DNA of 64,000 nucleotides from Candidatus Latescibacterota bacterium (GCA_965217865.1 CBDCJO010000002.1:800001-864000), one strand, 5' to 3'. Shown: positions 11,318 to 21,280, counted from the first letter of the stretch. Notes: generated by a model not told the origin, from the letters alone. A program made the numbers and translations.

Positions 11318-11651
11318 ATATGATCCTCTCCCCGGAGCCATTCTCTGTTCGTCAGTCATAACTTCCGCGCCGATGTCCTGGCCCTGGAGCGGGAGAGGGA
11401 GGGTTGCTTGATGAAATCATCGGTGGCGGCGCGGGGTTGTGAACGCGCAGCAGTTCAAGATATGCGCCTGGGCATGGAACCCCGAACTCCAGTGGGGGCT
11501 CGGCTGTCGCCCCAATTTGCCGTCTGTCCGTGTGGGACAGTGGCGTGAGACAGTGGCGATCGCCTCCGACCTTTCAAGTCCTTCTCCGGGAAACAGATCG
11601 CCAGGTTTTGAGGGCGCAAGGTGGCTCATGGCGATTGAGGGATGACAACTT

Positions 11652-12044
11652 GTGGAATTTGATTCCGTTGGGAGATTTCTGGCGTGGGTCAGTGGCGAGC
11701 TCGAGACAGCGTTGAGGGCACAGATCCGGCCCGTGTGCGACTTTCTTTCTGAATCCGGGAAAAAGGGAGGGGGACGCGACCTCCACAAAACGGGCGGCAC
11801 GGCACAGACGGCACGTGGGCGCTTGTCGCCTCCAGACGACTATCTCCGCGGCTTCTATGACCTCTTGGCGATGATCCAGGCACCCTGCTTCATGCTCCAA
11901 TACACTCACAGCGCAGTTGTTTCCGTCTCGGACACTGAGATGCAATTACTTGAATGGCTCCACGAGAAGATCCGAAACGACTTCGAGCACTTCATGCCAA
12001 AGACCCTACGCGTATCCTCCAAGGCACCTTTATGTCGTCGATAA
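11652..12044 (+). pseudogene. Possible HEPN-like protein fragment
   Basis: C-terminal LHEKIRNDFEHFMPK contains an R-x4-H motif; the N-terminus is unclear. Confidence 0.35.
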
Positions 12045-12164
12045 ACCTTTCGACAGAGCTCTGCTATTTCCGAACTGCTCACGACGTGTTCGACAAGGCC
12101 GGCCGCGTCGGCCCCGGTCCTAGACACATCGTGCGTTGTCCTCGATCCGGCTGTTCTGAGAGCA

Positions 12165-12371
12165 TCATATGAAGTTTACAAAGTCGAAGCGTTTTCGCTT
12201 CAACTCAGCCAAAAATGATTGGCCTTCGTCGTTCAGCGTTTTTTCGCGCCACACTTGATAGATCAGAAGCCAGAAGCGGTCCTGCTCTCGGATCTCCATA
12301 CCCTTCAGATTGTCCGTCCGTTTTCGTATCGCATCCCGAATACTCTTAATTCGGTGGTGTTTTGCGTACTC
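12165..12371 (-). pseudogene. Detached C-terminus (68 aa) of the reverse transcriptase
   Basis: Manual translation from the CTAG at 12371-12374: EYAKHHRIKSIRDAIRKRTDNLKGMEIREQDRFWLLIYQVWREKTLNDEGQSFLAELKRKRFDFVNFI*, in frame with ...SEVLLL at 14406. Confidence 0.88.
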
Positions 12372-12374
12372 TAG

Positions 12375-14208
12375 TCCTAAAATAAGCGAATAGGCTTGTT
12401 GAGCGGTGTGTTATACAAGATTTCGGAGCATTTCAGACTTGTGACTTGGTGGAGATGATGTCTGGGCTGTTTTTGTGATTGTTTCGGCATGCGATTGTCT
12501 AATTAACTGAGTTTGCGGACGTGTTTTAGCCGGGGTGGACGGACTTGTCCCTGTGATGTTACGACGACAGGTGCTGACATGGCAGTCAGGCCGGTTTGAG
12601 CCATCTGATTCTGTTCCAGGCCGGGAAGAAGTCAGTCATCCACCGGTTGTAGCCCAAGACACGATAGATGATCTGTCTTCCCCGGGTCACGATCTGGCAG
12701 GGGATCCAGATCAGATTCTGGAGGAAGGCGCGAAACTCCATTCTCAGAAGTTGATCGCGACGCTCACGCTTTCGGATCATCAACGCGAACCAGGCTTTGA
12801 GGTTCCACGCCAGGGCGGTCATGACCATGTAAGCCCAGTTGCTCATCAGGTTGTCGACGGGCATCCGCATGGCGTTGACCCCGTTCTTGAGTTGTTCAAT
12901 CACGTTTTCCTGATCGCACCGTCGATTGGCCAGCCTCACGATTTCCGCGGCCGTAAGATCTTTTCGGGTGGTAATGTAGAAGAAATAGCGCTTGTCATCG
13001 AACAGGGCGTTTTCGCCGCGTTCGACGCTCAGGTTCTTTTCGAGGATCACGAGTCGACAGGTCTTCCTGCATCGAGCAGGACGATACGAAACCCCGGCAA
13101 CACGTTCACTGGCAAGTCGGATGTTTTTGAAGCCGCGCTCCCGGATGATCCGGGCTTTCACGTTCTCGCGTTTCTGTCTCTGGGAGGTCTTGACCTGGTA
13201 TTTGGGTTGTCGTTCAAAGGGCTCCCAATCGCTCTGTGACAGGGATTTGGCGATCTTGACCAATCCTCTGTAAGCATCCATGCCGAAGACGAAGTCGACC
13301 TTTTCCGACCAACGATCGAAGTGCCGGGTGAGTGAGAAGCCGGTGTCTCCGCGCAGGCAGATGCGTTTGGCGAAAGGGGCGACCAGCGCGATGGCGCGAT
13401 CGATCCACTTTACGGCACCGTCGTGGCTGGGCACATGGCCGGGTCGATTCACAAGAAACAACACCTCCCTGGTGTTCGCCAGAGAGACCACGAGAGGATG
13501 GTATCCCCAGATACCGTTGTATGACAGGGCCATGCCCTGCTTGCGTTCTCCGAGAGTGGTGGCCAGGGTGCCGTCGATGTCGATGAGGGCTTCTTTGAGT
13601 TCGCCCCTGGCGCGCTTTTTCCAGATCCGGGTGCGCACCCGGTTGATGCAATCCATCAACGTCTCGATATCCGATGGCCGGAAACGACGTGTAAAGTCGC
13701 CTGCTGTGGTCGGATCCGGGAGACGCTGAGCGCCCAAAGCGTTCAGGAACGTGGCATCCTGCCGGCGCAGCTCAATGTCTTCAAGGCGTTGACCACCAAC
13801 CAGCGCATTGTAGGCGATGTTCAGAACGTGGTCTGATTCGTGATAGGGCAAATGCACTTTCAAAAGATGAAGATGACGGTCAATCTCTTTCACCAGCCCA
13901 ACCCTGCGGACCAGGTGGTGAAACGCGCCGGTCCCCCCACACGTGATCGCCTCGGCCTTCCCACTCATCTCGTAGTGGATGTTTCCCCCAGACATCATAG
14001 GCTTGACCTGACTGCACCACTGCTTCCGACGCAAACGACGGACAATTCGTGCTTCCCTGTTCCGAAGAATCTTCCTGTATTCTCTCATCTGAAATGCCCC
14101 TTTTTGATGGCCTCTTTTTGTCTTTCATACTACAACTATAGGCCTGAAAACTGGGGCATTTCAACTTTTTTCTACTAAAACCAAGAAAAATTCACGCTTG
14201 TATAGGGT
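12375..14208 (-). mobile_element. IS1380-family insertion sequence, copy 2 (1834 bp, inverted relative to copy 1)
   Basis: Same ends as copy 1; CTAG at 12371-12374 and 14209-14212. Confidence 0.92.
12586..14088 (-). CDS. IS1380-family DDE transposase
   Basis: 500 aa; differs from copy 1 at only a handful of residues. Confidence 0.92.
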   Translation of the reverse strand: MREYRKILRNREARIVRRLRRKQWCSQVKPMMSGGNIHYEMSGKAEAITCGGTGAFHHLVRRVGLVKEIDRHLHLLKVHLPYHESDHVLNIAYNALVGGQRLEDIELRRQDATFLNALGAQRLPDPTTAGDFTRRFRPSDIETLMDCINRVRTRIWKKRARGELKEALIDIDGTLATTLGERKQGMALSYNGIWGYHPLVVSLANTREVLFLVNRPGHVPSHDGAVKWIDRAIALVAPFAKRICLRGDTGFSLTRHFDRWSEKVDFVFGMDAYRGLVKIAKSLSQSDWEPFERQPKYQVKTSQRQKRENVKARIIRERGFKNIRLASERVAGVSYRPARCRKTCRLVILEKNLSVERGENALFDDKRYFFYITTRKDLTAAEIVRLANRRCDQENVIEQLKNGVNAMRMPVDNLMSNWAYMVMTALAWNLKAWFALMIRKRERRDQLLRMEFRAFLQNLIWIPCQIVTRGRQIIYRVLGYNRWMTDFFPAWNRIRWLKPA

Positions 14209-14212
14209 CTAG

Positions 14213-14404
14213 TGTCGTGTCCCGGAAATTCCTTCAATAATTTCTCGGATAGCGGTCTGTAAACCCTGAACGGAGCGAAGGATCTCTATGTCCCGAACTA
14301 TCAGACAGTTGGTGCGTTCTTCGCTCGCTCGCTCTCGATCAAAATGACAGCCACCGCTACGTTTTTGGAGACTTTCTTTTGTAAGGAACTTCTGGGACAC
14401 GACA
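14213..14404. mobile_element. 192-bp non-autonomous MITE with CTAG flanks
   Basis: Terminal IRs TGTCGTGTCCCGGAA / TTCTGGGACACGACA (1 mismatch) between CTAG 14209-14212 and 14405-14408. Internal REP-like GAGCGAAGGA...TTCTTCGCTC hairpin. Confidence 0.85.
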
Positions 14405-15749
14405 CTAGCAGCAACACCTCTGAGAGACAGTCATCAATTTTGATGACCTCTTGGAGCTTGTTCTCCGCCATATCGAACTGCAGGTCATATTTGAGCGAGT
14501 AAAACAAGGCATGGGCGATGGCATCCGAATAAACCCTCTTAATTCCAATCTCCAGGAGCTGTTCGATGAACTCAAGAATGACTTTCTCGATTCCATCATA
14601 GCGATGCTTGCAGAACACATGTTTGTCCAGTAATGGGGCAAGATATGGATATAGCAGCGCCAAGTTGACAGCCTGCTGAACGAAGAGACGCTTAGTTCGT
14701 CTATCAAGACGTGGAGGCACCATCTTGATGGCGTAGTTCAAAACGGCATGGGTCTCCGCTCCGTGCGTTAGCTTCAGTGCCAAGTCCAGGAGCGAGCGAA
14801 CCGTTCTGAAGCGAACGGTTTCGTCTTCTGCTGGCCATTGGAAGTTTTCCAACTCTCGAATCCAGTCTTTTTCGATTGGAAGTGGCATGGGCATGATTTC
14901 AGTCTTACTTCCGTTCAGAACAAGCTCGTATTTGCGCAACTGCATCCCGAGTTCACGGATGAAATCCTCAGCTTCGTTGTGAGTTTTCGCGTAAAAGGTG
15001 TAATCATCAATATAGCGTCTAAATCGCTTGTATCCCTTCTGGAGCATCTCATGGTCAATCCTGGTCAGTATTATCTCGGAGACGACGTTGGATGTGTGCG
15101 GCCCGATCAAGAGCCCATTGGTCTGTCCATCTCGGGTACCCTGAGTGGACTTGTCCACAAGATTTCCCTCCAACAAGAGCGAGTGTTTCTTTTTAGATTT
15201 TTGACGCCCATGCAGTGCCCATGGGATCGAGTGGGTGTAGATGCTGTGAAAGCAATTCGATATGTCAGTACGAGCGACATAATGTGCGCCGGTCCTTTTG
15301 CGAATGTCCGCTTCTTCGTTCTCGGAGTGTTCCTTTCCTTTGTAATTCATCTGAAAAACACGCCGACTTGACGTTTTTCGAACAAAGATACGGCTCACCG
15401 GTGTCTCCGGTTCCGCGCAGTGCTTTTTGATTTTCGCCCAATGCCGCTTCAGAGCCAGACACTGGACAATATAGCTTTCAGGATGGGGGACCCCCATCTG
15501 ACGAGGAAGGTTGGTGTGATATAACGATTCGTAGTGAATAAAATCGTGTTTTACCTTCTTAAGGAAATCAGCCAACCTGTTCGCGTCGTTTTCCGTTGTT
15601 AGCGATATAAGGTTTTTCGTTACATGGCCTGAAAGCCCTTCGGAGGTAAAGCATGGCGGAAGATTCTCACTGAATAAGCCATGGTCAACCAAGCCCATGA
15701 ATGCCTTGTCCGCTGAAAGGCCGAGCCCCGTTGTTTGTTGCTTTACCAT
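14405..15749 (-). pseudogene. Defence-associated reverse transcriptase (Drt4-like / UG-Abi class), N-terminal 448 aa, interrupted
   Basis: RT motifs DISNCFHSIYTHSIPWA, GLLIGPHTSNVVSEIIL, RYIDDY, LNGSKT; N-terminal LPPCFTS and NLPR...PHP; helical C-terminus. The annotated ORF reads 34 aa into the MITE. Confidence 0.85.
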
Positions 15750-16775
15750 TACACTTTGCTACGCTCCTTCCACAGGCGGACCGTGAAGCGGTGCTCCTCC
15801 TCGATCAGGTCGGGTTCGGTGCCGTTATGCGCTCGCATTCCCGGAATAATCTTGTTCCTCACCCCCATGCCGCGAGCGTCGACATATCCGTAGTCGCGCA
15901 TGATATTGACGAGTGTCTGATTGCGCGCGTAACGCATGCCCAACTTCATTCCCTCGGGCGTCACCGTGTTGGGTAATCTGCCAGGGCTCTGGACCTCTAG
16001 ACGGTCAGAGTAGATGGCCAGCATGACGTCGGTCCCCGCAATGCTGTAGTCGCGGTGGGCGAGTGCGTTCACCACGGCTTCCCGAATCACACTTTCCGGG
16101 TATTCCCAGCCGTCGATCCTCCGAGCGCCTTCGAGACGGGCCATTGGCGTCGTGTTGCGACGGACGAGGTCCCATGCCTGCTCGACGAGGCCAGCTTCGA
16201 CCATGGATCCGTCCGCGGCTCTCAGCGGAACCATGGGGCCGTACAGGTTCTCATCGGCGCGGGTCGCGTAATCGGGTTGAGTGCCCGGAAAACAGACCGC
16301 GCGAATGCCCGTTTGCGGCATGTACCTGTTCGGCGCTCTTCCGAAGAGAAGCAGGCCATCGATAGTCGCGACGAGTTGCCTGCGGACACGGTCATCAATT
16401 CAACATTTCGCAATAACGTCTCCCAGCCGCCGAGATCGCCGGGACAGTCGCGTCGAAAACTTGGGTCAGGTAATCGCGCAGACGACGAGACTCGAAAGCG
16501 TCGAAGTTGGCGCATGGCACCGGCTTCAAGCCGTACCGCAAGCGGCCCGACGCTTGGTACATTCTCTCAAGTTCCTCCCGGCTCGCTTCCCTAGGCGGAA
16601 GCCCTCCAGGCGGTCGATGGCGAGCATGCGGGATCAGGGTTCGTCGAAGGAGAGCATCTCCCCGTACACGGCGCCCCAGGCGCCCACTGTGGCGTTTCAC
16701 GCGCGGGTCCGGAGGCCCATGGGCGGACAGACGCGCCTGTGTGGCCACGTCGGCGAGCGGGTCGGTAGGCGTGTA
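15749..16775 (-). pseudogene. AlbA_2/Schlafen + HATPase_c_4 (RecG C-terminal-like) ATP-binding protein, frameshifted and 5'-truncated
   Basis: EYP..VIREAVVNALAHRDYS, DRLEVQSPG.LP, RNQ.L...RDYGYVDARGMG. Upstream pieces (ELERMYQASG...RRLRDYL) lie in other frames. The stop overlaps the RT start (TAATG). Confidence 0.8.
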
Positions 16776-17190
16776 AGATAGAAGTGGACGTTTAGGTGTT
16801 TCGGCAACCAGCGGTCGATCTTGGGCTTGTGGGTGTTCAGGTTGTCCAGGATGACGTGAATTTCCTGATCCGGGTAGTCCGCGACGAGTTCGTTCATAAA
16901 GCTTAGAAACTGCCGTCGTCTGCGTCACTTGAAGTGACCGGTTTTGACCAGACCGGTCGCCACGTTCAGGGCGGTGAACAAAGTGGTCGTATCATTCGTT
17001 TATACTCGTGGTTGAAGCCCGTCAGCGCTTTGCCATTGGGCAGTTTGAGCCATCCCTGGGCGCGTTCCAGCGCCTGGATTGCGGGCTTCTCGTCTACGCA
17101 GACAACGACGGCGTCTCGGGCGGATCCAGATACAGGCCCACGATTGGCGGCGGCCTTTGGGACGAACTCGGGGTCCGTGCTGATACAAAA
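16776..17190 (-). mobile_element. IS630-family transposase remnant
   Basis: VVCVDEKPAIQALER...HEYKR and HVILDNLNTHK...VHF pieces in different frames. Confidence 0.85.
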
Positions 17191-17199
17191 GCTCCGGCG

Positions 17200-17678
17200 T
17201 CTGGCCAGAGAGTCCAGAGCGCTGCACACTGCGGTCATGGCTCCTGGATAGTCGTTTTGGCCGTGCCGTTCGTAGGCAGTACGCAGCGACTGCCTGACTT
17301 CCTCGCCGAAATCATCGGATGCCTCCTCGACCTGAAACTCAGATGGTCGCAGTTGTCCATCCAGGACGGTCCAGCCAAACCGTTGTGTGCATTCCAATAC
17401 CTTGTCGCCGAGGTCTGGATTCATTTCCAAAAGGGCAGCGATGAGTTTCCGAATCGCCTCAGTGGGTTCGTTCGCCTTCTCGATCGGGTCGCCAACGGCA
17501 TCGAGTAGTTCGCCCTTGGAAGCTCCCCCCTCTCATGGATAGACCGCTGCTGCAGATGGGAAAGCTTCTCTACTGGGAGCCCGGACGTTGCGACAAGATC
17601 CTTGATCATCGCGAATGTACATCCGTCTTTCACTGTCGGGCGTAAACATCGCCATATCTTATGAAGATCTTCCTCCAT
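17200..17678 (-). pseudogene. Abortive-infection (Abi_C/AbiJ-like) protein fragment, frameshifted and truncated by IS630
   Basis: RBS GGAGGAG then MEEDLHK...; second frame ends DYPGAMTAVCSALDSL, resembling the D..GAIT.A...ES start of Abi_C domains. Family call is inference. Confidence 0.45.
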
Positions 17679-17689
17679 TCTCTCCTCCA

Positions 17690-17748
17690 CATACCGTTCA
17701 ACATCAGATGCGGCGCATAGCGCCGTCTGCTGCATGCTGTTGTTGGGC
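17690..17748 (-). other. Degenerate integron attC site
   Basis: Minus strand GCCCAAC-AACAGCATGCAGCAGACGGCGC-TAT-GCGCCGCATCTGATGTTGAAC-GGTATGT: RYYYAAC R'' box, hairpin, eroded R' box. Confidence 0.65.
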
Positions 17749-17904
17749 GAACTGTGATTCACTCATTCAGCCAGCCGAAAGTCCAGAACACGTATCTCTG
17801 TTTCCGTCGTGAGATTCCGTACTTCCCCTGCTTCCCCACGTCCTCTTTGCCGCGAACGCTTGGCGAGATTGCCACCGATTGGGCCGCGTATCGGCGATAC
17901 AAAA

Positions 17905-18090
17905 AGATCGTTGCGGCAAGCGCTCTGATCTGGCGCACGCTGATGGTCGCTGAAAAACGCTTCCGACGACTCAACGCACCCCATCTGCTAAAGGATGTCT
18001 ACGCACAGCACCACCGCAAAAACAAGATCACTATCGACTCGGGGAAGAAGCTGGCCGCCTGACCTTTTTACACACCTCTTGACGAGAGCT
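17905..18090 (+). mobile_element. IS256-family 3' remnant
   Basis: ALIWRTLMVAEKRFRRLNAPHLL C-terminus followed by TTTTACACACCTCTTGAC end sequence. Confidence 0.75.
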
Positions 18091-18256
18091 CGTCTTGTCC
18101 TCCGATGTGCGAGTCACGGTTGTTTTGCTTTACACTATCACCATGATCGCATGCTCGGAGGATTTTTGCTACCAGTTTCTTAAACCGATTTTGGACAGGT
18201 GTGATTAAATACGATTTCTTACCTCACCCGCGCCGGCTTTCCGAAGCAGTCCTCCA

Positions 18257-18553
18257 TCAGGCCCCCTCCAGGACGTTCTTCAGTTTTTCCTCAAGGCCGG
18301 ATAACTCTGACTTAAGGCCATCGATGCGGACCTTCAGAGATACCACACGCGGTACACCCCCCAAATCCTGAGATCCGGTTTTCATCCCTTCGTAAATCTC
18401 TTCACCCATCTCGGCGAATCTTGCCCGAAGGCGTCTTCGGGTTGCGAGGATCTCCACCCGAACCCTAAAGGCCCGAACCAACACGCCCGCCCGTTCTTTC
18501 GCGTTCCTGAAACGCGATCTGATGTGCTCTGTCATCTCGGGCTTTGTCAGCAT
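18257..18553 (-). CDS. Small coiled-coil hypothetical protein
   Basis: AAGGAGG RBS before MLTKPEM...; helical pattern. Confidence 0.55.
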   Translation of the reverse strand: MLTKPEMTEHIRSRFRNAKERAGVLVRAFRVRVEILATRRRLRARFAEMGEEIYEGMKTGSQDLGGVPRVVSLKVRIDGLKSELSGLEEKLKNVLEGA

Positions 18554-19044
18554 ATCGATCCCCTCCTTTTCACAACTCGATTTTTCGATCAACCCCCCTT
18601 CCCAATCGCCCTGATCAGAATTTAGGTGGGCGAAGGATCCATTTAATATACACTGCTGTCCAAGATAAATCAGAATGGGCCTTTTTTGGACAAGTAAGTG
18701 ACTGTTTTTACACAATGCCCTCTGGCAGACTGAAATCCAGGTTGCACTGGCCAAAGATGCTGTCCAAAAGCTGGATGGTCCGAAAGATCGGGCCTTTCAT
18801 TGCACAACACATCCCGAAAAGCTGGGATTCAGGCGATTCGAAGAGGACCTGGTGGTTCGGGCACGGTCTTTGATCGCCTATCTGATCCAAATTCTGTCCA
18901 AAGAAAAAACCGATTTTGGACAAGTATGATATGACATAATGGATATTAGGTCAATAGCGAAACGACGGCGGGTGGGAAAAGCTGGACTGATCTTGGAAAG
19001 CGGGGACGGGGGGACGATGTCCCGCCGGGTACGGAAGGGGGCTG

Positions 19045-19473
19045 CTACTTCTCCTGCCGGGCGACGAGTTGCGCCCACATCGCGCGCTGGTGGCTCCAGT
19101 GCGGGACACGAGTGATGGGACGGACGTCTTTCTCTCGGATGGGATCGCGTCCCATTAGTGTGTGAGGCAGGAAGAGCAACGCCTCCTGAATGTCGGGCGC
19201 GAGGTTGAGCAGGTTCATGATCTGCGTGATCCGGGCCCGCGTCACGTAGCCGAGGCGCGCCAGGTCCGCGTAGTCCCGCACTTCGCCGCGCCGGACCAGA
19301 CCGTCGAAACGGATGGCCAGAGCCATGAGCCTCGAGATGCGCGGCACGTTCCCCGGTTCGACGCTTGGGTCCGGGTGCTTGCCGTTGCTGCGGTCGTTGG
19401 CGGGCTGGAAGGTGAAGGAGACTTCCAGCGGACTCGGCCTCGTGGTCGCGGCGTCGTATGCGAGGTCTCTCAT
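19045..19473 (-). CDS. Small helix-turn-helix protein of DUF2924/recombinase modules
   Basis: RLMALAIRFD...DYADLARLGYVTRARITQIMNLLNLAPDIQE; ATGA overlap with the upstream gene. Confidence 0.8.
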   Translation of the reverse strand: MRDLAYDAATTRPSPLEVSFTFQPANDRSNGKHPDPSVEPGNVPRISRLMALAIRFDGLVRRGEVRDYADLARLGYVTRARITQIMNLLNLAPDIQEALLFLPHTLMGRDPIREKDVRPITRVPHWSHQRAMWAQLVARQEK

Positions 19474-19868
19474 GCCGTGTCCTCCGCGCCGGTGACGGCC
19501 GCCTCGGTGCAGAGGGCCTTGATGCCCAGGGAGCGAAAAGCCACGGTCACCGTGCCGTCACGCCCGTCGTAGCCGATCCGCTCAACCAGTACCCGGATGA
19601 TGCGCGACTGCTCACGGGGCGACAGCGACTCCCAGATCGGATCGAAGTGGGCCAGGGCCTGGGACAACTCGCCTTCGCCGACGGCCTCCCGTTCCAGCGC
19701 AATGACCTCCTCCCGAATGGCGGTTACGAGTTGTTCCGAACTGCGGATTCGATCCTGCAGGTCGGCTAGCTGATCGGTCGTGGACCGGCCGTTTCCGGGC
19801 TGGAACGTGAAGGACACTTCCAGGGGTCCGGGTCCGGCCCGGGTCGCATCGGATGCGCGACCGCTCAT
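19470..19868 (-). pseudogene. Chimeric ORF: N-terminus of an HTH-gene paralogue fused to the C-terminus of a second recombinase
   Basis: PLEVSFTFQP is shared with 19045..19473; FDP.W..L.PREQ.R....ER.GYDGRDGTVTV.FR is shared with 19865..21280. Confidence 0.75.
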
Positions 19869-21280
19869 CGCATGACCTCCTGGCCGTCGAGACCCGCCTT
19901 CCGGCACAGCGCCTCGATGCCGGGTGGGCGAAAGGTGACGGTCACCGTGCCGTCCCGTCCGTCGTAGCCGACCCGCTCGATGAGCAGCCGGAGTCTCCGG
20001 GCCTGCTCCCGCGGGGCCAGCGCCGTCCAGACCGGGTCGAAGACCTCCAGGGCCCGGGCCAGGTCGCTTTCATCCACGGCTTCCCGCTCAAGAGCGGGAG
20101 CCTCTTCCCGGAGAGCGGTCAGCCGCTGTTCCCGCGCTTTGGCCACCGTGGCCGCCACGGCCTGTTCGTTCATCCCGGTGCCGCGGACGTGCTCCACCAC
20201 CGCGGTTTCGATCTGGTGGGCGTTGAGGGACCTGCCCGGACACGACGACCGGCCCCGCTGCCGGGCATTCCGGCAGACGTAATACCGGTAGCGCTTTCCG
20301 TTCCTGCCGGTACAGACGTGCGCCATGCCCGTCCCGCACGGTGTGCAGGACAGCAACCCCTTGAGCAACGCTTCGTATTTGTTGCGCACCTCCCTGCCTC
20401 CGGTGCGGGCGTTCGTGCGGAGCGCGTCCTGGACCCGCTGCCACAGGCCGGCGTCAACCAGGGCGTCGTGTTCCCCCTCATAGAGGGCGCCCTTGTACCG
20501 GACCTTCCCCGCATAGATGACGTTGGTCAGCAGCCGGTGCAGGCTGTTCTTCGTGAAGGGCTTGCCGCCTCGCTCGATGCCTTTCCTGGTCGTCCAGCGT
20601 TTCGTGAGCCATCCCCGGCGGTCGATCTCCCGGACGACCGGGATCAAGGCCTTGTGGTCCAGGTAGAGGTGATGGATCGCCCGGACCCGCGCCGCTTCCT
20701 CCGCGTTGACGATCAGCCGCCCGCCCCCAGGGGCCACGTCATACCCCAGCACCGGCAGACCCCCGACCCACTTTCCCTTGCGCCGCGCCGCCGACATCTT
20801 GTCCCGGGTGCGCTCGGAGATGATCTCCCGCTCGAACTGGGCGAATGACAGCAGGATGTTCAAGGTGAGCCGCCCCATCGAGCTGGTCGTGTTGAACTGC
20901 TGCGTGACAGAGACGAAGCTCACCCCGTGCCGGTCGAACCGCTCCATGATGCGGGCGAAGTCCAGCAGCGACCGGCTCAGCCGGTCCACCTTGTAGACCA
21001 CCACGCAGTCGATCGCGCCGGCCTCGATGCCGGTCAGGAGCCGTTCGAGTGCGGGCCGCTCCATGTTCCCGCCGGTGAAGCCGCCGTCGTCGTAGCGTCC
21101 GGCAAGGCAGACCCAGCCCTCCTGTTGCCGGCTGGCGATGCAGGCCTCGGCCGATTCCCGTTGAGCGTCCAGGCTGTTGAAGGCCTGCTCGAGTCCCTCA
21201 TCGGTGGACTTGCGCGTGTAGATGGCGCAGCGGAGGGTCCCGGTTCCATTGGAGGACGATGCCGGGATGGTTCCGCTCAT
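19865..21280 (-). CDS. Large serine recombinase (resolvase + recombinase + zinc-ribbon domains)
   Basis: CAIYTRKST catalytic motif, VYKVDRLSRS, AQFEREII.ER, CTPCG...YYVC...C. Confidence 0.93.
   Translation of the reverse strand: MSGTIPASSSNGTGTLRCAIYTRKSTDEGLEQAFNSLDAQRESAEACIASRQQEGWVCLAGRYDDGGFTGGNMERPALERLLTGIEAGAIDCVVVYKVDRLSRSLLDFARIMERFDRHGVSFVSVTQQFNTTSSMGRLTLNILLSFAQFEREIISERTRDKMSAARRKGKWVGGLPVLGYDVAPGGGRLIVNAEEAARVRAIHHLYLDHKALIPVVREIDRRGWLTKRWTTRKGIERGGKPFTKNSLHRLLTNVIYAGKVRYKGALYEGEHDALVDAGLWQRVQDALRTNARTGGREVRNKYEALLKGLLSCTPCGTGMAHVCTGRNGKRYRYYVCRNARQRGRSSCPGRSLNAHQIETAVVEHVRGTGMNEQAVAATVAKAREQRLTALREEAPALEREAVDESDLARALEVFDPVWTALAPREQARRLRLLIERVGYDGRDGTVTVTFRPPGIEALCRKAGLDGQEVMR

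Noticed and set aside
12010-12105. Minus-strand SEIAELCRKVYRRHKGAL as a PD-(D/E)XK nuclease fragment
   Set aside because: Only ~25 aa of remembered similarity, with no start codon or catalytic motif.
8775-14208. The two inverted IS1380 copies as a composite transposon
   Set aside because: Copy 2 (with the MITE) interrupts the RT, whose halves lie correctly oriented on either side, so it is an independent insertion.
14405-15749. RT as retron, group II intron or DGR (the four-helix bundle at 52.9 kb is Avd-like)
   Set aside because: No msr/msd, intron domain V or TR/VR pair was seen, the motifs fit UG/DRT RTs, and the four-helix-bundle gene is 37 kb away.
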